This document shows positions 1 through 13,820 of a stretch of DNA of 64,000 nucleotides, piece after piece. The stretch is from Octopus sinensis (lineage: Eukaryota), in NCBI RefSeq assembly GCF_006345805.1, contig NC_043009.1, positions 54,188,001 to 54,252,000 of the forward strand. The letters are read 5' to 3'. Both the position numbers and the translations under genes were made by a program. The notes beneath the pieces are model-generated. The model was not told the origin of the DNA. It saw only the letters and a program-made list of their open reading frames with translations, and searched no databases. The first letter of the stretch is position 1. Each line of letters opens with the position of its first letter.

Positions 1-239
1 TTGAGTATTTGTTAAAGGTTCTTTTCCACTTGCGTAGTGAATGTGTATATGTAAGTTACATCAATCTGGGAAATTATTCGGCAGACATGTTAAGCGTAAA
101 AGTAAATCGTTTTTACGAGATGTACAAATGTTTCGTTGGAAGGATGAGAGAAGGAATTTTCCCACAGGAGCATGCTATCTGATTTATGATAGCAGAACCA
201 CAACCTTGAATAACTTGTAGATGAAAAAGCTGAGTTAGT

Positions 240-1560
240 GTCAGTTGAGAAATATCCCTCAAATAGCTTTCCCCAAGCACATTAACTGATCATGATAATG
301 TTATCAAAGGGACATCATGATCAACTCCCGTTTCCTGTTCAACAACCGATGCATCATAATGTTCCAGTAAAGTAATCATTATAACAGATTATCGTCATGA
401 ATAGTAGAACTGCCACTTGCTAATATTCAATTTCCAACATTTCCTAAGCAATCCTGGCAGCAACGTCATAATATAGCAATATCACTGTTCAAACTGCAGA
501 ATCCCCAAAGGAATTCGCAAGCCACAAAGATAAATTAATTAACACAATACCTAAGGATGTTGTATTCATAATGACCCAAACAATGACATATTTTTCTCTG
601 TATGATATCATAAATATATAATACAGAGGAAAACTAGCAACAGACAGCACATTAAACACTTAACATGACAAAATCCCAACGTCGCTCCAAACACCCAGAC
701 GAACAGACCTAACAGAAAATACAAAAACCATCATGGCTTCTGGTGCAACCAAATCTGGGACTCGAACATCTCATCCAACATTGCAAAACAAGTCTTCGCT
801 GCATTCGATCATTGGTTCCCTAAAGACAGCAAAATATCCGACCGTCACACTATAAAACTGTCCCATGATGACTTATTAAAAATGGAGCATCATATTCATA
901 GGATGCTCACAATAACCCAAAAAAATTGACTATGACTCATATAACCAACCTACAGACAATGCTAATACCACCCAATTAGTGCATCAACGTGATAATGACA
1001 CGAAGTGTAATACCAACCAACCGATAGGAGACAACAGTAATATCTACAATAATTAACCAACGTTTCACACCAGCAACAATTCAAACAATAGCACGAACAC
1101 ACCCAGAAATAGTAATAATAATAGGATAACCATCACCAGGAATATACTGAATAAAACCAATCCATCTAATGTTCGCTGCACAAAAGCAAACAAAAGAACC
1201 AACCAATTATGCTCATGCAGAGACAGATCCAAAAGTCCCATGAACAATCAGTGTATGACCAGAAATGTGGTGTATACGTATATATCGGTGAATCGGCCGA
1301 TATATTCAAATATCGATATCGCAACCACATTGCCAGCTTTCAAAAAATCCTTAAATGGCTTGTACATCACTGGGCGATTTTATCTAGAGATTCAAGAGAG
1401 AGAAGACAAAAATGACATGACCTGATCCATAATTAGATATGCGAGTCCCTACACCACAGCAATCTAAACTACACTTAACTGGTGTAAACCTAACAATCAC
1501 AGCCCGTATCAATCCTCCCGAATTAAAACCTCATATATTGATAAAGATCGGAATGACATG
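240..1560 (+). mobile_element. Degenerate Penelope-like retroelement (end of RT region, zinc-binding linker, GIY-YIG endonuclease), Naiad-like
   Basis: Broken frames give DHWFPKDSKISDRHTIKLS (~805-865; compare DKHFP..KIFNRNTVKxSYSC), CSCRDRSKSPMNNQCMTRNVVY (1210-1275) and YIGESADIFKYRYRNHIASF (~1280-1340), in the expected order. The 5' boundary is approximate. Confidence 0.72.
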
Positions 1561-1594
1561 TATTTAGAAATGTAACTTTGCAATCCATAAGAGT

Positions 1595-1817
1595 ATATCT
1601 ATATATGTATGTGAATGGATATATACATATGTTTGTGTGCGTGTGTGTTTGTCTTCGTGTGTGTGACTGGATCTATGAATGCATCTATATATATATATAT
1701 CTTTATGCACGTGTGTATATGTATATATGTGCATATGCGGATGTGTACGTGCATATATGTGTTTATGTATATATGTATATCTACATTTCTCCTGTTTTCC
1801 ATTATCTTTCGTTGTTA

Positions 1818-1850
<33 letters not shown>

Positions 1851-1880
1851 TACATACATACATTCATATATACATACATA

Positions 1881-1915
<35 letters not shown>

Positions 1916-1925
1916 TATTTATATT
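1595..1925. repeat. Compound (TA)n/(TG)n/(TACA)n microsatellite
   Basis: Directly visible; accounts for the YI/VC-rich ORFs here. Confidence 0.9.
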
Positions 1926-2839
1926 ATTCTTTAATTGAACGCCACGCATCCATTTCCAAGTAAGTTTATCTTACCCTTTTTAATATAACTCTATACTCTT
2001 TTCTCCCCCACACTTCTCTAATCCCCGTTTTCTCCCCTTCATCGTTTTCTATCTGTCTCTCCACCCCCTCTTTCTCTTTTTTATCCCTTTCGTCCATCTT
2101 TCGTTTCCTCACGTGACCATCTTTCTTTTTCTGAACGACGTTCTAAGGACTGGACGTTCTGTTTTTCTCTTTTCCCTTTTTAAAGAAAATATTTCTCCTA
2201 GCGTTCACTATTTTCCTTTCTTTTTTCAAGTCTAATAACCCTCCATGTTTGTTTTCATTCGCTTTCCTTGTATGTCTCCACTGACATGTTTTTGTTCCCA
2301 ATTTTGAACCTCCATAAATCCAAAATTTTATTTTGGAATTTATAGGAGATACTGTCTTCGAAGCCTCGTATTGTCATTGACTGCTCAATATGGAGAGTAG
2401 ATAGACAGTCAACAATTAATGAATAGTCGTTCTATGTGTTACTTGTCCTGCTTACCATTTTTACTCTCGTTGGTTGTTTATTTAACTCGTTTGCATTCAA
2501 ACTTCATGTTGTCTACTTAGTTGGTGACGTCCCGTACCATTATATGCATATATATCATTTATATTATATTATATTATATTATATATATATAATATATATA
2601 TATATGTTTGAATATATGTCTATATTTATGTATACCTGTGTATATGTGTATGTCTATGTGCGTGTGTGTGTTTGTGTGTGTGCGTGAGTGTGTGTGCGTG
2701 TGTGTGTGTGTGTGTGACTCTTGAAATGTTTTGCTTCCATCTGCCAAAGTCAGTAGCAAGATACGCAGCCACAAAGCCAAACTGACCGTTTACACAGACA
2801 TACACACACACAGACATACACACACACACACACACACCA

Positions 2840-2875
<36 letters not shown>

Positions 2876-3101
2876 CTTTTACTCTTTTACTCTTTTACTT
2901 GTTTCAGTCATTTTGACTGCGGCCATGCTGGAGCACCGCCTTTAGTCGAGCAAATCGACCCCGGGACTTATTCTTTGTAAGCCCAGTACTTATTCTATCA
3001 GTCTCTTTTGCCGAACCGTTAAGTGACGGGGACGTAAACACACCAGCATCGGTTGTCAAGCAATGCTAGGGGGACAAACACAGACACACAAACACACACA
3101 C

Positions 3102-3151
<50 letters not shown>

Positions 3152-3320
3152 TATATACATATATACGACAGGCTTCTTTCAGTTTCCGTCTACCAAATCC
3201 ACTCACAAGGCATTGGTCGCCCCGGGGCTATAGCAGAAGACACTTGCCCAAGATGCCACGCAGTGGGACTGAACCCGGAACCATGTGGCTGGTTAGCAAG
3301 CTATTTACCACACAACCACT
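2876..3320 (-). mobile_element. tRNA-derived SINE, family A, full length with internal microsatellite
   Basis: Minus strand: tRNA-like head (gtggttgtgtggtaaatagc...ggttcagtccca), CORE-like cttgggcaagtgtctt, internal (TA)/(TG) tract, 3' ggcggtgctccagcatggccgcagtca..tgactgaaac and (aagtaaaaga)-type tail. Many copies in the window. Confidence 0.9.
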
Positions 3321-3420
3321 CACAGGCCAATATAAGAGATATTGGAGATGATGAAGTGATGTGCACATGATAGTAGATATATATATATATATATACGCAC
3401 ACACACACACACACACACAC

Positions 3421-3492
<72 letters not shown>

Positions 3493-4379
3493 ATATGCAA
3501 CCACGTTTTTATATACAAACTCGTAAATACAATTTTCTACTTAACTATAAATTATACCCTAAACAAACAAGCAAATAACAAAAAACTCACACCCACAAAA
3601 GAGAATATATCTATATATACACTTCTCTAATACCTTCAAATAATCAAAGCGTCGGTCACATGAGAAAGAATGTACACATATATCTGAAACAGAACAAAAC
3701 AAAACCAAGAGAAGAGAAGAAACAAAAAGAAGAAGAAAAATCCATGGCGACTAACCAGCAAACTTAAAACAAACGAAATTGGTCTGATATGGTAATTAAC
3801 TTCCTAATAAGTACATGGTTTTCTATCTCGCAAAGGGGAAAACAAACACTTCGTGTCTAAATGAGATTGCCAAAAAAAAAAAACAGCACAAATATTCTAC
3901 ACGCGAACTGTTAAGCAGATTCGCAGCAAACTAAGGGTCATTTTGAAAAACTTCGATATATATATTGGTCAAGCACAACAACAACAGCAACAACAGTCAG
4001 AAAACTTTGAACAGCAACAATATACAAAACAACAACAACAACAACAACAACAACCAAGAAATCATGAAGAGCTACATGCTAAACGAGAAAAATAGCCAGA
4101 GAATTAGGAACAGCAACAACAGGAAGAGACTATCCTGAATTCTAGGATAATAGCTAATTTACTGAGCGGTAGTATCTTTTCACCTCTCTCTCTCGCTCAC
4201 CACTCTCACAGCAGCCACCACAATTATCTTCGTCGTCCTCTTCATCGTCATCACCACCGCTGCCACCATCGTCTTCTACTACCTCAAATACTAAAAATAA
4301 ACCACTGCTTTCTTCCCTAACATCGCTACCTCAAACCTATTGTAGTATAAAGAAAAGAAAAAAAAATCTATGAAACGGT

Positions 4380-5640
4380 GTGTGTCCCCCACGAAACTAA
4401 CAAGAAATCCCTAAAATTTGCCGTTATTTCCTACGTTACAGGCTCTTCACACGTAGCGACTGCATCTTTAAACATCTACCTGGTACTAGACGCACAATCC
4501 CGACAAACACTACCAGCCAAGGCCAAAGCGCGCATCCCACAATAACATCAACACTACCAAATAGTAAATTGAATGTTAAAACACGCATAACATGGAATCT
4601 CAGAATTTGCCGGCATTTCCAACGCTAGAAACTATGTCTGTTGCGTGACTGCCCCTTTACTTATTTTCCAGGGACCCGAAGCACTAACAGAAATGGGGTC
4701 CAAGCTAACGCACAGACCATAGTAAAACCACTGCCTATTGCAGTAATACTGGTCCAGTCTTTTCACGAAGACACAAATAACAATAACAACAAAAACCAGA
4801 AGAAGAGCGGAAACGACAACCCTATCCAACAGTGCAACAACACCTCCAGTCAAAACCTGCTCCCTAAGCAGGAGATTTCTTTTTGCCATGTGGACCCTGA
4901 CAAAAGTAATGCAAAAAAAAATTTAGCAATCATTCAATACCATCCTATATTATTATCCCTGTGCACCAACTCCCCACATTACTATCATTAACACACAATC
5001 AGAAAACAGGCTCCCCGCAAAAGTCAAAACCTGCCACTACGCTAGCCTCCATATTTCTGCTCAATGTACAAGTTATCACTCCCTCCACCAATGCACAAAA
5101 ATAGAAGATCCAGTTTATTGAGAATTGGGTTGGTAACCATCCATATTACATCTATTTCTTAATTCTTACCGAGACCCGCCTTGACAACTCCCACTTGGAA
5201 GCCGAAATGAAAGTAAATAATTTCACAATTATCTGCGCGGATCGAGTCGACAGAAGGATGAGTGGAACTATATTTTTCCGGCATGGTTCCTTTTCGGCAG
5301 TTAGAAATATGACGTTACCCAATGGCTACTGTGAATCGGTCACCGAGCAAAACAAACCCAATGAACTGATAGTAGTTGAGCTGTACAGGCCACCTCAAAT
5401 GCCCATACTGCGCTTTAATGAATGCCCCAACAACATTAAGTGCTTTATTCAACAGTGCCATTCTAATAACATAATTATGATGGGAGATTTTAATCTACCC
5501 TGTGTTGAGTGGCCAACAAACAGTTTGAAATCAGGCACTCCAACCTCAACTGCTGACAAAGAAGCAACAGAATCACTTCTCGACTTCATAAATGAATTCA
5601 AATGTCTAGTATTTGAACAGTTCCGGGACTATGTACTCCA
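4380..5640 (+). mobile_element. CR1/L2-type LINE relic: possible end of ORF1 plus APE endonuclease domain, no RT
   Basis: LTETRLDNSHLEAEM (~5165-5210), VELYRPP, IMMGDFNLPCVEW and ESLLDFINEF are typical APE motifs. Upstream KICRYFLR and RICRHFQR*KLCLLRDCPF resemble CCCH fingers. Confidence 0.7.
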
Positions 5641-5842
5641 AACTGTTGCAGTAACGAGTTTGTATGGCAACAGATAGAGTTTGGTGCTTTATAGCATGCT
5701 GCTATCTTATTCGGTCATCTGTATAGCATTCAATCTTTAGGCTTGATGATTGAACCCACATGCTCTTCCTTACCTATATGGCTAGTTCCGCCTACCCGAC
5801 TTTAGTCGTGTAACACACAAGGCTGACATAGATTGCATATCA

Positions 5843-5884
<42 letters not shown>

Positions 5885-6072
5885 AATAATGAAGGGTGAA
5901 ATTAATTAATTTGGAATAATTATCAATTACACCAAGTAGTCTTCGGCATGTAAAAGCCTCATTCGAGGAAAATTTAAGTAATACTAAGCAATAAAGGGTT
6001 TAGCAACGAATTGCCTTACCACAGACCGAATTTAGAAATAGCAGTCAATATAATATATATATATATATATAT

Positions 6073-6281
6073 ATTTCTTTATTGCCCACAAGGGGCTAAA
6101 CATAGAGGGGACAAACAAGGACAGACAAACGGATTAAGTGCGTAACTGGTACTTAATTTATCGACCCCGAAAGGATGAAGGGCAAAGTCGACCTCGACGG
6201 AATTTGAACTCAGAACGTAACGGCAGACGAAATACGGCTGCGCATTTCGCCCGGCGTGCTAACGATTCTGCCAGCTCGCCG
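6073..6281 (-). mobile_element. tRNA-derived SINE, family B, with small internal deletion
   Basis: Minus strand ggcgagctggcagaatcgttagcacg...gagttcaaattcc (A/B boxes), central gtcgactttgcccttcatcctttcggggtcgataaa, tail ggcaataaagaaat. Confidence 0.9.
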
Positions 6282-6902
<621 letters not shown>

Positions 6903-6959
6903 ACATGGTCACGTGATATATATATATATATATTATATATTATATATATATAACATGGT

Positions 6960-7006
<47 letters not shown>

Positions 7007-8404
7007 CTCAACGGGGCTGCGCTGAAGAAATGGGAGATATCTTGTTGATATCACCTCAACTAGTTGTTCTTGTACACACTCCCAACACACATGACAACCG
7101 ACTGTATTGATAGCATATATGTTAGATAATTTTTTTATTCATTGAGCTAAAATAAAATATTGTACAATAATTTAATATTGGTCATTACTAAAGATGTAAT
7201 TATTTGTTCAGATACTGAAAAATTGCTATAAAGCTTATGTCAAATTAATTCCTCTCGATTACATCGCAGTACGAACTTACCGCATATAGCGTAAAAATGT
7301 CGACATTTACGTCAAGTAAAGTTAACATGAGATAATCGAACATAGCATAAAAAAGAGATAGTAATAATAGATAGAAACAAGTAGAAAAACAAAAAAATAA
7401 AAGCAGTGTAGTTTACATTAATCGCGGAACCATAAATGTAGAAACAAAAGCCAAATTCAAACGAATAAATGACTTAGAGGAAGATGTAATCGCCTAACAG
7501 CTATAGGGAAAAAAATTAATCTTGGAGAAATAAAATTTTACATAATTGAAAATAAACCATAAATGAACAAGATATCATCCATCGTTAAAAAAATGCGATG
7601 CGATATAACTCACACAAACACATCACAGACACGCACACACACATGCATATAATATTGCATATAAATGCAATTTGTAACGTAACGAAAGTCATTAAATATC
7701 TACAGATATAATCTTTGACTTAATGTAACAATTCTAGCAAAGATGTTATTTGCTGGCATTGCTGTTGCTGAAAAAATAAAAATGAAAGGCAAAATTGAAA
7801 ATACAAAAACCGAAACGAAATTCTATGGCAATACAATATATACAAAACAAAAATAAGATACATTATAAAGTTATATAACATGCCCTATGAAAATGTCACA
7901 AGTATTAATCAGGGTTTATATAGGGCTATACAAAATTAAAGAAAAATAATGACTTTACAACAAAGAAAGAAACTTTAAGAAAAGATTAGCAACACTTTAA
8001 AAGTGTATGAGAGGAGTAAAGGTAATGAAACGAAAATAAAGTGTTTGGAAATATCAAATGCTATCAAATATCAAATGTATTAAAATCTGATCTAAGATTT
8101 TATAGTGGATTAAGAATGAAAATCATAAGGATGAATAACAATTCACTGACGGCAGAAATAATGGAAACGTTAGGGAAATGTTAGATAAGAAATGTTTTTA
8201 ATAACAATTGATAAAATATAAAAATGAAGGCAAAACCATTTATGGTAATTTCTCAGACATCGAAAACAACTAACGGAATAGAGATGACAAAAAATGGTGA
8301 TAACAGTAAAAGAAACAGCTTGGTTGTCACGGAAATCACTTCGGGTAACTATTTATAATATACAAACTTTCTAAATATGTGAGTTTCCTCGTATAAGAGT
8401 ATTT

Positions 8405-8771
8405 ATTTCTTTATTGCCCACAGGGGGCTAAACATAGAGGGGACCCCAGTTACTGATACTCATTTAATCGACCCCGAAAGGGTGAAAGGCAAAGTCGACC
8501 TCGGCAGAATTTGAACTCAGAACGTAGCGGCAGACGAAATACCTATTTCTTTACTACCCCCAATGGGGCTAAACACAGAGAGGACAAACAAGGACAGACA
8601 AATTAAGTCGATTATATCGACCCCAGTGCGTAACTGGTACTTATTTAATCGACCCCGAAAGGATGAAAGGCAAAGTCGACCTCGGCGGAATTTGAACTCA
8701 GAACGTAGCGGCAGACGATATACCGCTAAGCATTTCACTCGGCGTGCTAACGCTTCTGCCAGCTCGCCGCC
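8405..8771 (-). mobile_element. Tandem family-B SINE: full unit 8771-8544 plus 5'-truncated unit 8543-8405
   Basis: Two consecutive family-B units; junction cagacgaaatacc|tatttctttac. Confidence 0.88.
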
Positions 8772-8849
8772 CTGTATAAGAGTATTGAGTATTAATAAGA
8801 GTATAAGTGTATTGTGCCTAAGAGTATTGTTCATTTCTTTGATTCTTTG

Positions 8850-9015
8850 TGACGAAAAGCTGGCAGAATGGTTCGTATGTGGGACAAAATGCATAGCGGC
8901 ATTTCTTCTCGCTTTTACGGTCTGCATTCAAATCCTGCGTAAGTCAACTTTCACTTCATCCTACCTGTGCTGATGAAATAAAATACCACTCCAGTACTGG
9001 GGTCAATATAATTAT
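8850..9015 (+). mobile_element. Diverged family-B-like SINE
   Basis: agctggcagaatggtt...cattcaaatcctg..gtcaactttcacttcatcc...gtactggggtcaat aligns with the younger family-B copies. Confidence 0.65.
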
Positions 9016-9112
9016 CAAAAACCCACCACTATATCTAGTAGTCTTATACCAATTGTGAAACATTTAGATGGTGCAAAAACTCAATATGAATGCATGCATA
9101 TATCTATGTATG

Positions 9113-9203
<91 letters not shown>

Positions 9204-10461
9204 CTGGTTTTGGACAAAATAATGGAAACACCTTAAATTTCAAGCAAGTTTTATTTTAATATGGGGAAGGACTGCTAATTACAGCTTTAATTCTATGAAC
9301 TTGTACAAAGTTTGAATTGTTTCTAAAGGAATTTTTGTCGATACTTCAGCTAAAACAGTCTCCAGTTCTTGTAATGATAATAGTAGAGTATATCGACTCC
9401 TTACTTGTTTTTTTCTAAAATGCACCTTAAATGTTCAATAAGATTGAGATTTGGGGACTGTGGTGGTCAGATGAGATGTTCAACGTCACTAGGATCTTCC
9501 TCGTTCCAATCAGTAACAACTTTAGCTGTGTGAATTGATGCATTATCATCCTGAAAGATTGCGTTTCCCTCCGGAAACAGTTCCGCAACCATAGGATGGA
9601 TTTGATCAGAAAAAATGCTTAAATAGCATTGACTATTAATTTTGTAATGAAGGGGAACCATTAGGCCGGCTTATTTCCAAGATATACCCCACTCCCTAGA
9701 TCATCACATATCTTCCTCCATGTTCAACAGTTGGAAGAAGGCAGTCTGCGTCAAATCCTTCTTTTGGCAGTCCCCGCACGTATATTCGGCCGCTGGTTGG
9801 AAATATGGTACAGGATGACTCGTCCGAGAAAATGGCATTCTTCCACTGCTCTAGGGACCAATTCTGTAGGTTTTTACTCTACTCTAACTACTTTGCAAAC
9901 TTTGATTTTGAATGTAGGGGTTTTCTGATTGCATACCCGTGAAATCTGGCTTTGTGCAGCTCCCGGCGAACAGTTTTTGTGAAAACTGGATTCCCGAGGT
10001 GGCCATTAAGCTCTGCAGTAATTTTTGGAGCTGTACTTCTAAGGTTCTTTCTAACAATTCGCGTAAGAATCCGACGATCCCTATTTGAAAGTTTTCGTTT
10101 TCTTCAAGAGTTTTGTTTCGACGAGGAGGTTTTTCCCTCTTTCTCAAAGGCTGTTATTTCTTTCGAGACAGTACTTCTTGATGCACCAAACATTTCGGCT
10201 GTTTTCGTTACGCTAGCTCCTGCCAAACGAGCACCAGCAATTTTACCTCTTTGAAAGTCCGATACATCTGTTATTTTTAATAAATTTTAATTACCTCTTT
10301 CTGTTTATATCTCAAAAGAAACAGCAATTTTAACAAAACATATTAAGCAACACAAATAATAAATCAAAACACAAAAATAAACGAGCTTTTGACGGTTTTA
10401 TAGATATTTCAAAATTATGATGCTATGATGCTACGCGTTCCATTATTTTGTCCAACCCCTG
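9204..10461 (-). mobile_element. Full-length but inactivated Tc1-family transposon with DD36E spacing
   Basis: TIRs ctggttttggacaaaataatggaa and ttccattattttgtccaacccctg, TA on both flanks, 1258 bp. Transposase SDFQRGKIAGARLAGASVTKTAEMFG...RKLSNRDRR...TVRRELHK, FSDESS, FQDDNASIHTAK...I*PPQSPNLNLIE, with stops and frameshifts. Confidence 0.92.
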
Positions 10462-10675
10462 TATATTTGTATGTATGAATGTATGTATGTACCCATGTAT
10501 GGGTGTGTGTGTTCGTATGTGTGCTTGTGTGTGTACGTTTGTGTGTGTGTGTGTGAAAAACGAATAGAAATGTCCTTTCTGATTATTTCTGCACTTTAAT
10601 AATTAGATGTTTATAAAAGTCTTAGTGTTTACAAATGTGTATATATAAGTATCTGTATATGCGTATATGTATATC

Positions 10676-10724
<49 letters not shown>

Positions 10725-11891
10725 TATATATATAACTTAATATATCTATACACACACACACCACACCACACACACACACACACACACCCACATATATATA
10801 TATATATATGTATATATGTATATATAACATAAATGTGTGAGCGTATGTCTGCGTGTGAGTGCGCGTGCACGTGTATGTATATATGTAGGTTGATAGGTAG
10901 GTAGGTAGGTTGGTAGTAATGTACGTACGCATATATTTTCTTAAGAATTACTCTGATTTCTTTTCTTCAAATTTACTAAGTCACAGCTGCTATAGCAGAT
11001 CTAATTAATTGAATTTTGAATTGCTTTATGTGTATTTTCTGAGAAATCTCTCGTTTTCAGATGGATTAAAAAGTGCACTGTGAAACACAGGCATGTCTGA
11101 TCTATGCCTGTGCATGCGTGTCTGTCTATATCTCTGCTCCATTCTGTTTCTCTTTTTCTTTCTCTGTCCCTCCATCTGTGGGTCTGTATTCGTTCTGCCT
11201 TTTCTAGAATATATATGTCTACACTAAGTGTGTGTGAGTGTGTTTGTGTGTGTGCTTGTGTGTGCGTGCACGTGCTTGAGTGTTTTCCTCGCGACTCGGT
11301 CTAAGAATCGAACGCAGGATCTTGCGATTGTAGTGTAACATCCTAACAAATAGGACACGTGGCTTCCCAAAAATATAGCAGAACCGTAAAGCAAATTCTT
11401 GTATGTCTTATATGAAGATAAATACTATTAGGAATGCCGTAGTGTACATGAAAGCAGAGATAATTCCTAGTCCTGATTTCTGTACATAAGGGATGATACC
11501 GCTCCCAATTGCTTACATCGTACATGTAGTGAGTTCACAGTGCTACACTTAATCTTATTGAAGAAATGCCAACGCAAAACATTTCGAATGCTGTGTAGCT
11601 AGAATAATTTTTCATCTTAATCGGTAAAACAATTTTTTTTTCGCTTTTACATGAAAAAAATGACCATTTCAAATAATAATACCGTGTGGTTTGTTCAATA
11701 AAAGTAAAGATAAAACAGAATACAATTGAATGAACATAGTTTTACCTAGTGATAGGAGACATTGATCGACGTGTAAATAAACAGAACGTATAGGGAATTC
11801 AAAACCATTGTGAATGATTTATACTTAAAAATCCCAAAGCCTAGAGGAATAACTTTATATATATATACGTATGCATATATTTTGGTATGTA

Positions 11892-11926
<35 letters not shown>

Positions 11927-11994
11927 ATATACTTATATGTATATATAAATATATATATATGCATATATATATATAAATATATATGTATAAATAA

Positions 11995-12029
<35 letters not shown>

Positions 12030-12111
12030 AATAAATATATATAAATACACACATATATATATCAGTACATATATATGTATATACACATATATATGAATAT
12101 ATATATATATA

Positions 12112-12145
<34 letters not shown>

Positions 12146-12458
12146 AACATATATTTATATAAACATATACATATATATATGAATGTATATATACATACAT
12201 ATATACATACATAATGCATACATACATACAATATAGAATGCCTGTGGCTTTATGCCTGCGATGTTAGTGTATAAATTTGATATTCCTTTAATGAACCTTT
12301 AGCAGTTCTTTATTAGCCATTTATATTGAGTTTGGAACAATAAAATTCTTACATTTTTTAACAATTTTCCCTATATTTTTCTACTGGGAATAATGTTTGT
12401 GGCTTTTGTTATCCTATACAGATATAACACAAAAGTCAATGAACTCCAAGCATGTATT

Positions 12459-12671
12459 CAGGGCGCCCAAACTTAGGTTTATATTTATTACCTAGGCTCT
12501 CTAAATTTCCTTTAAAACGTTTTATTACATTTAAATTTCTATCTTACAATTAACTGAATTAGAGTACGAATAATGGTTTCATATTTTTGCTATATGTAAG
12601 ATCTAATCTATTAATATATGAAAGTGAAAGGGATAATTGAATAACTGTAAGCTTTCTTTGGGGCTACCCTG
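12459..12671. mobile_element. Possible old Tc1/mariner MITE
   Basis: Imperfect termini cagggcgcccaaa and tttggggctaccctg followed by TA; AT-rich interior. Confidence 0.3.
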
Positions 12672-13332
12672 TATGTAATGTGCATTACCATCCTTGTTAT
12701 GGAACAATGAATATGTTATGAAAGGAACTCAGAACAGACCATACGTATTAAAGCGAATCACAAAGCGAACAGTTAGAATATTGTACAAAAACCCCAGATT
12801 TAAAGATCTTCTGATCAATATGGAAACAGATTTAAAGATCTGATCAATATGGAAACACGAGCCTAAAATTCATGTAAAGTTCTTAACCTATGAAAATTAC
12901 GAAGAGCAAATTCCAATATAAGTTGTTATGCTTATTACATCAGACATAGAAGACTGATACCTTTTTTTTTATGCCAAGTGACTATGCATTTACAATGATA
13001 AGTTACCATAGCAATGTTCTCTCAGAATACATATAAAACACTAAACCTGAATAAAACAGCAGCTAACGCAGTCTTAAACCACGGGCTGTTGTTTAAAAAG
13101 AAAATACGCTGTATGTTGTATTCTACGCAAACGATTGCCTGAAGAATAACAGGATGTTCACGGCTGGAACCCCCTGGTCTCTTCAATTAGTGTACACTTA
13201 CGGTTGAAAAACAACGAAGATCAATTACTGATCAGTGGATGTTACTGGAGTTTACAATAACATTTTATATGCGATGTTGTTACATCATCAGTAACAATAT
13301 CGTTGCTGCGTTAATTAGTAAGACGCTCTGAA

Positions 13333-13366
<34 letters not shown>

Positions 13367-13820
13367 TACATACATACATACATACATACATACATACATA
13401 CATACATACATACATACGTACATACATAGATATATATATATATATATATGTATTCTAAAACCTGAAACTTTAGTGTTGTATAAATGACTTGAAAATGAAT
13501 ATCATTTATCAAAAATAGTTATGCTTGTGGGACAGCAAATCTATTACATACAAGTAGTGGGGTTAAAATATTAATGTTTAATATTACAACACTTTTAAAT
13601 GAGAAGACTCTGAACATTGTGGCTATCATAAAGAAGCGACTATGTCTAAGAGCTACCAATTCGTTGCAACACTGAATAGATAATAATATGAGGAATTATA
13701 AGATGTTATAAAAGTAATGACAGGGTAGGAGAGATTAAAGGAAGGCCAGGATGCAAACAAGAATATAACAGACTATGACCTCCTAAGGCATTCTCATCTG
13801 ATAATTGCTAGGCAACATCT

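Noticed and set aside
6138-6280. Recurrent peptide [26 protein letters not shown] in several ORFs
   Set aside because: It is the antisense translation of family-B SINE copies, not a protein family.
13225-13300. CTGATGA on the minus strand
   Set aside because: No GAAA box or stem III follows.
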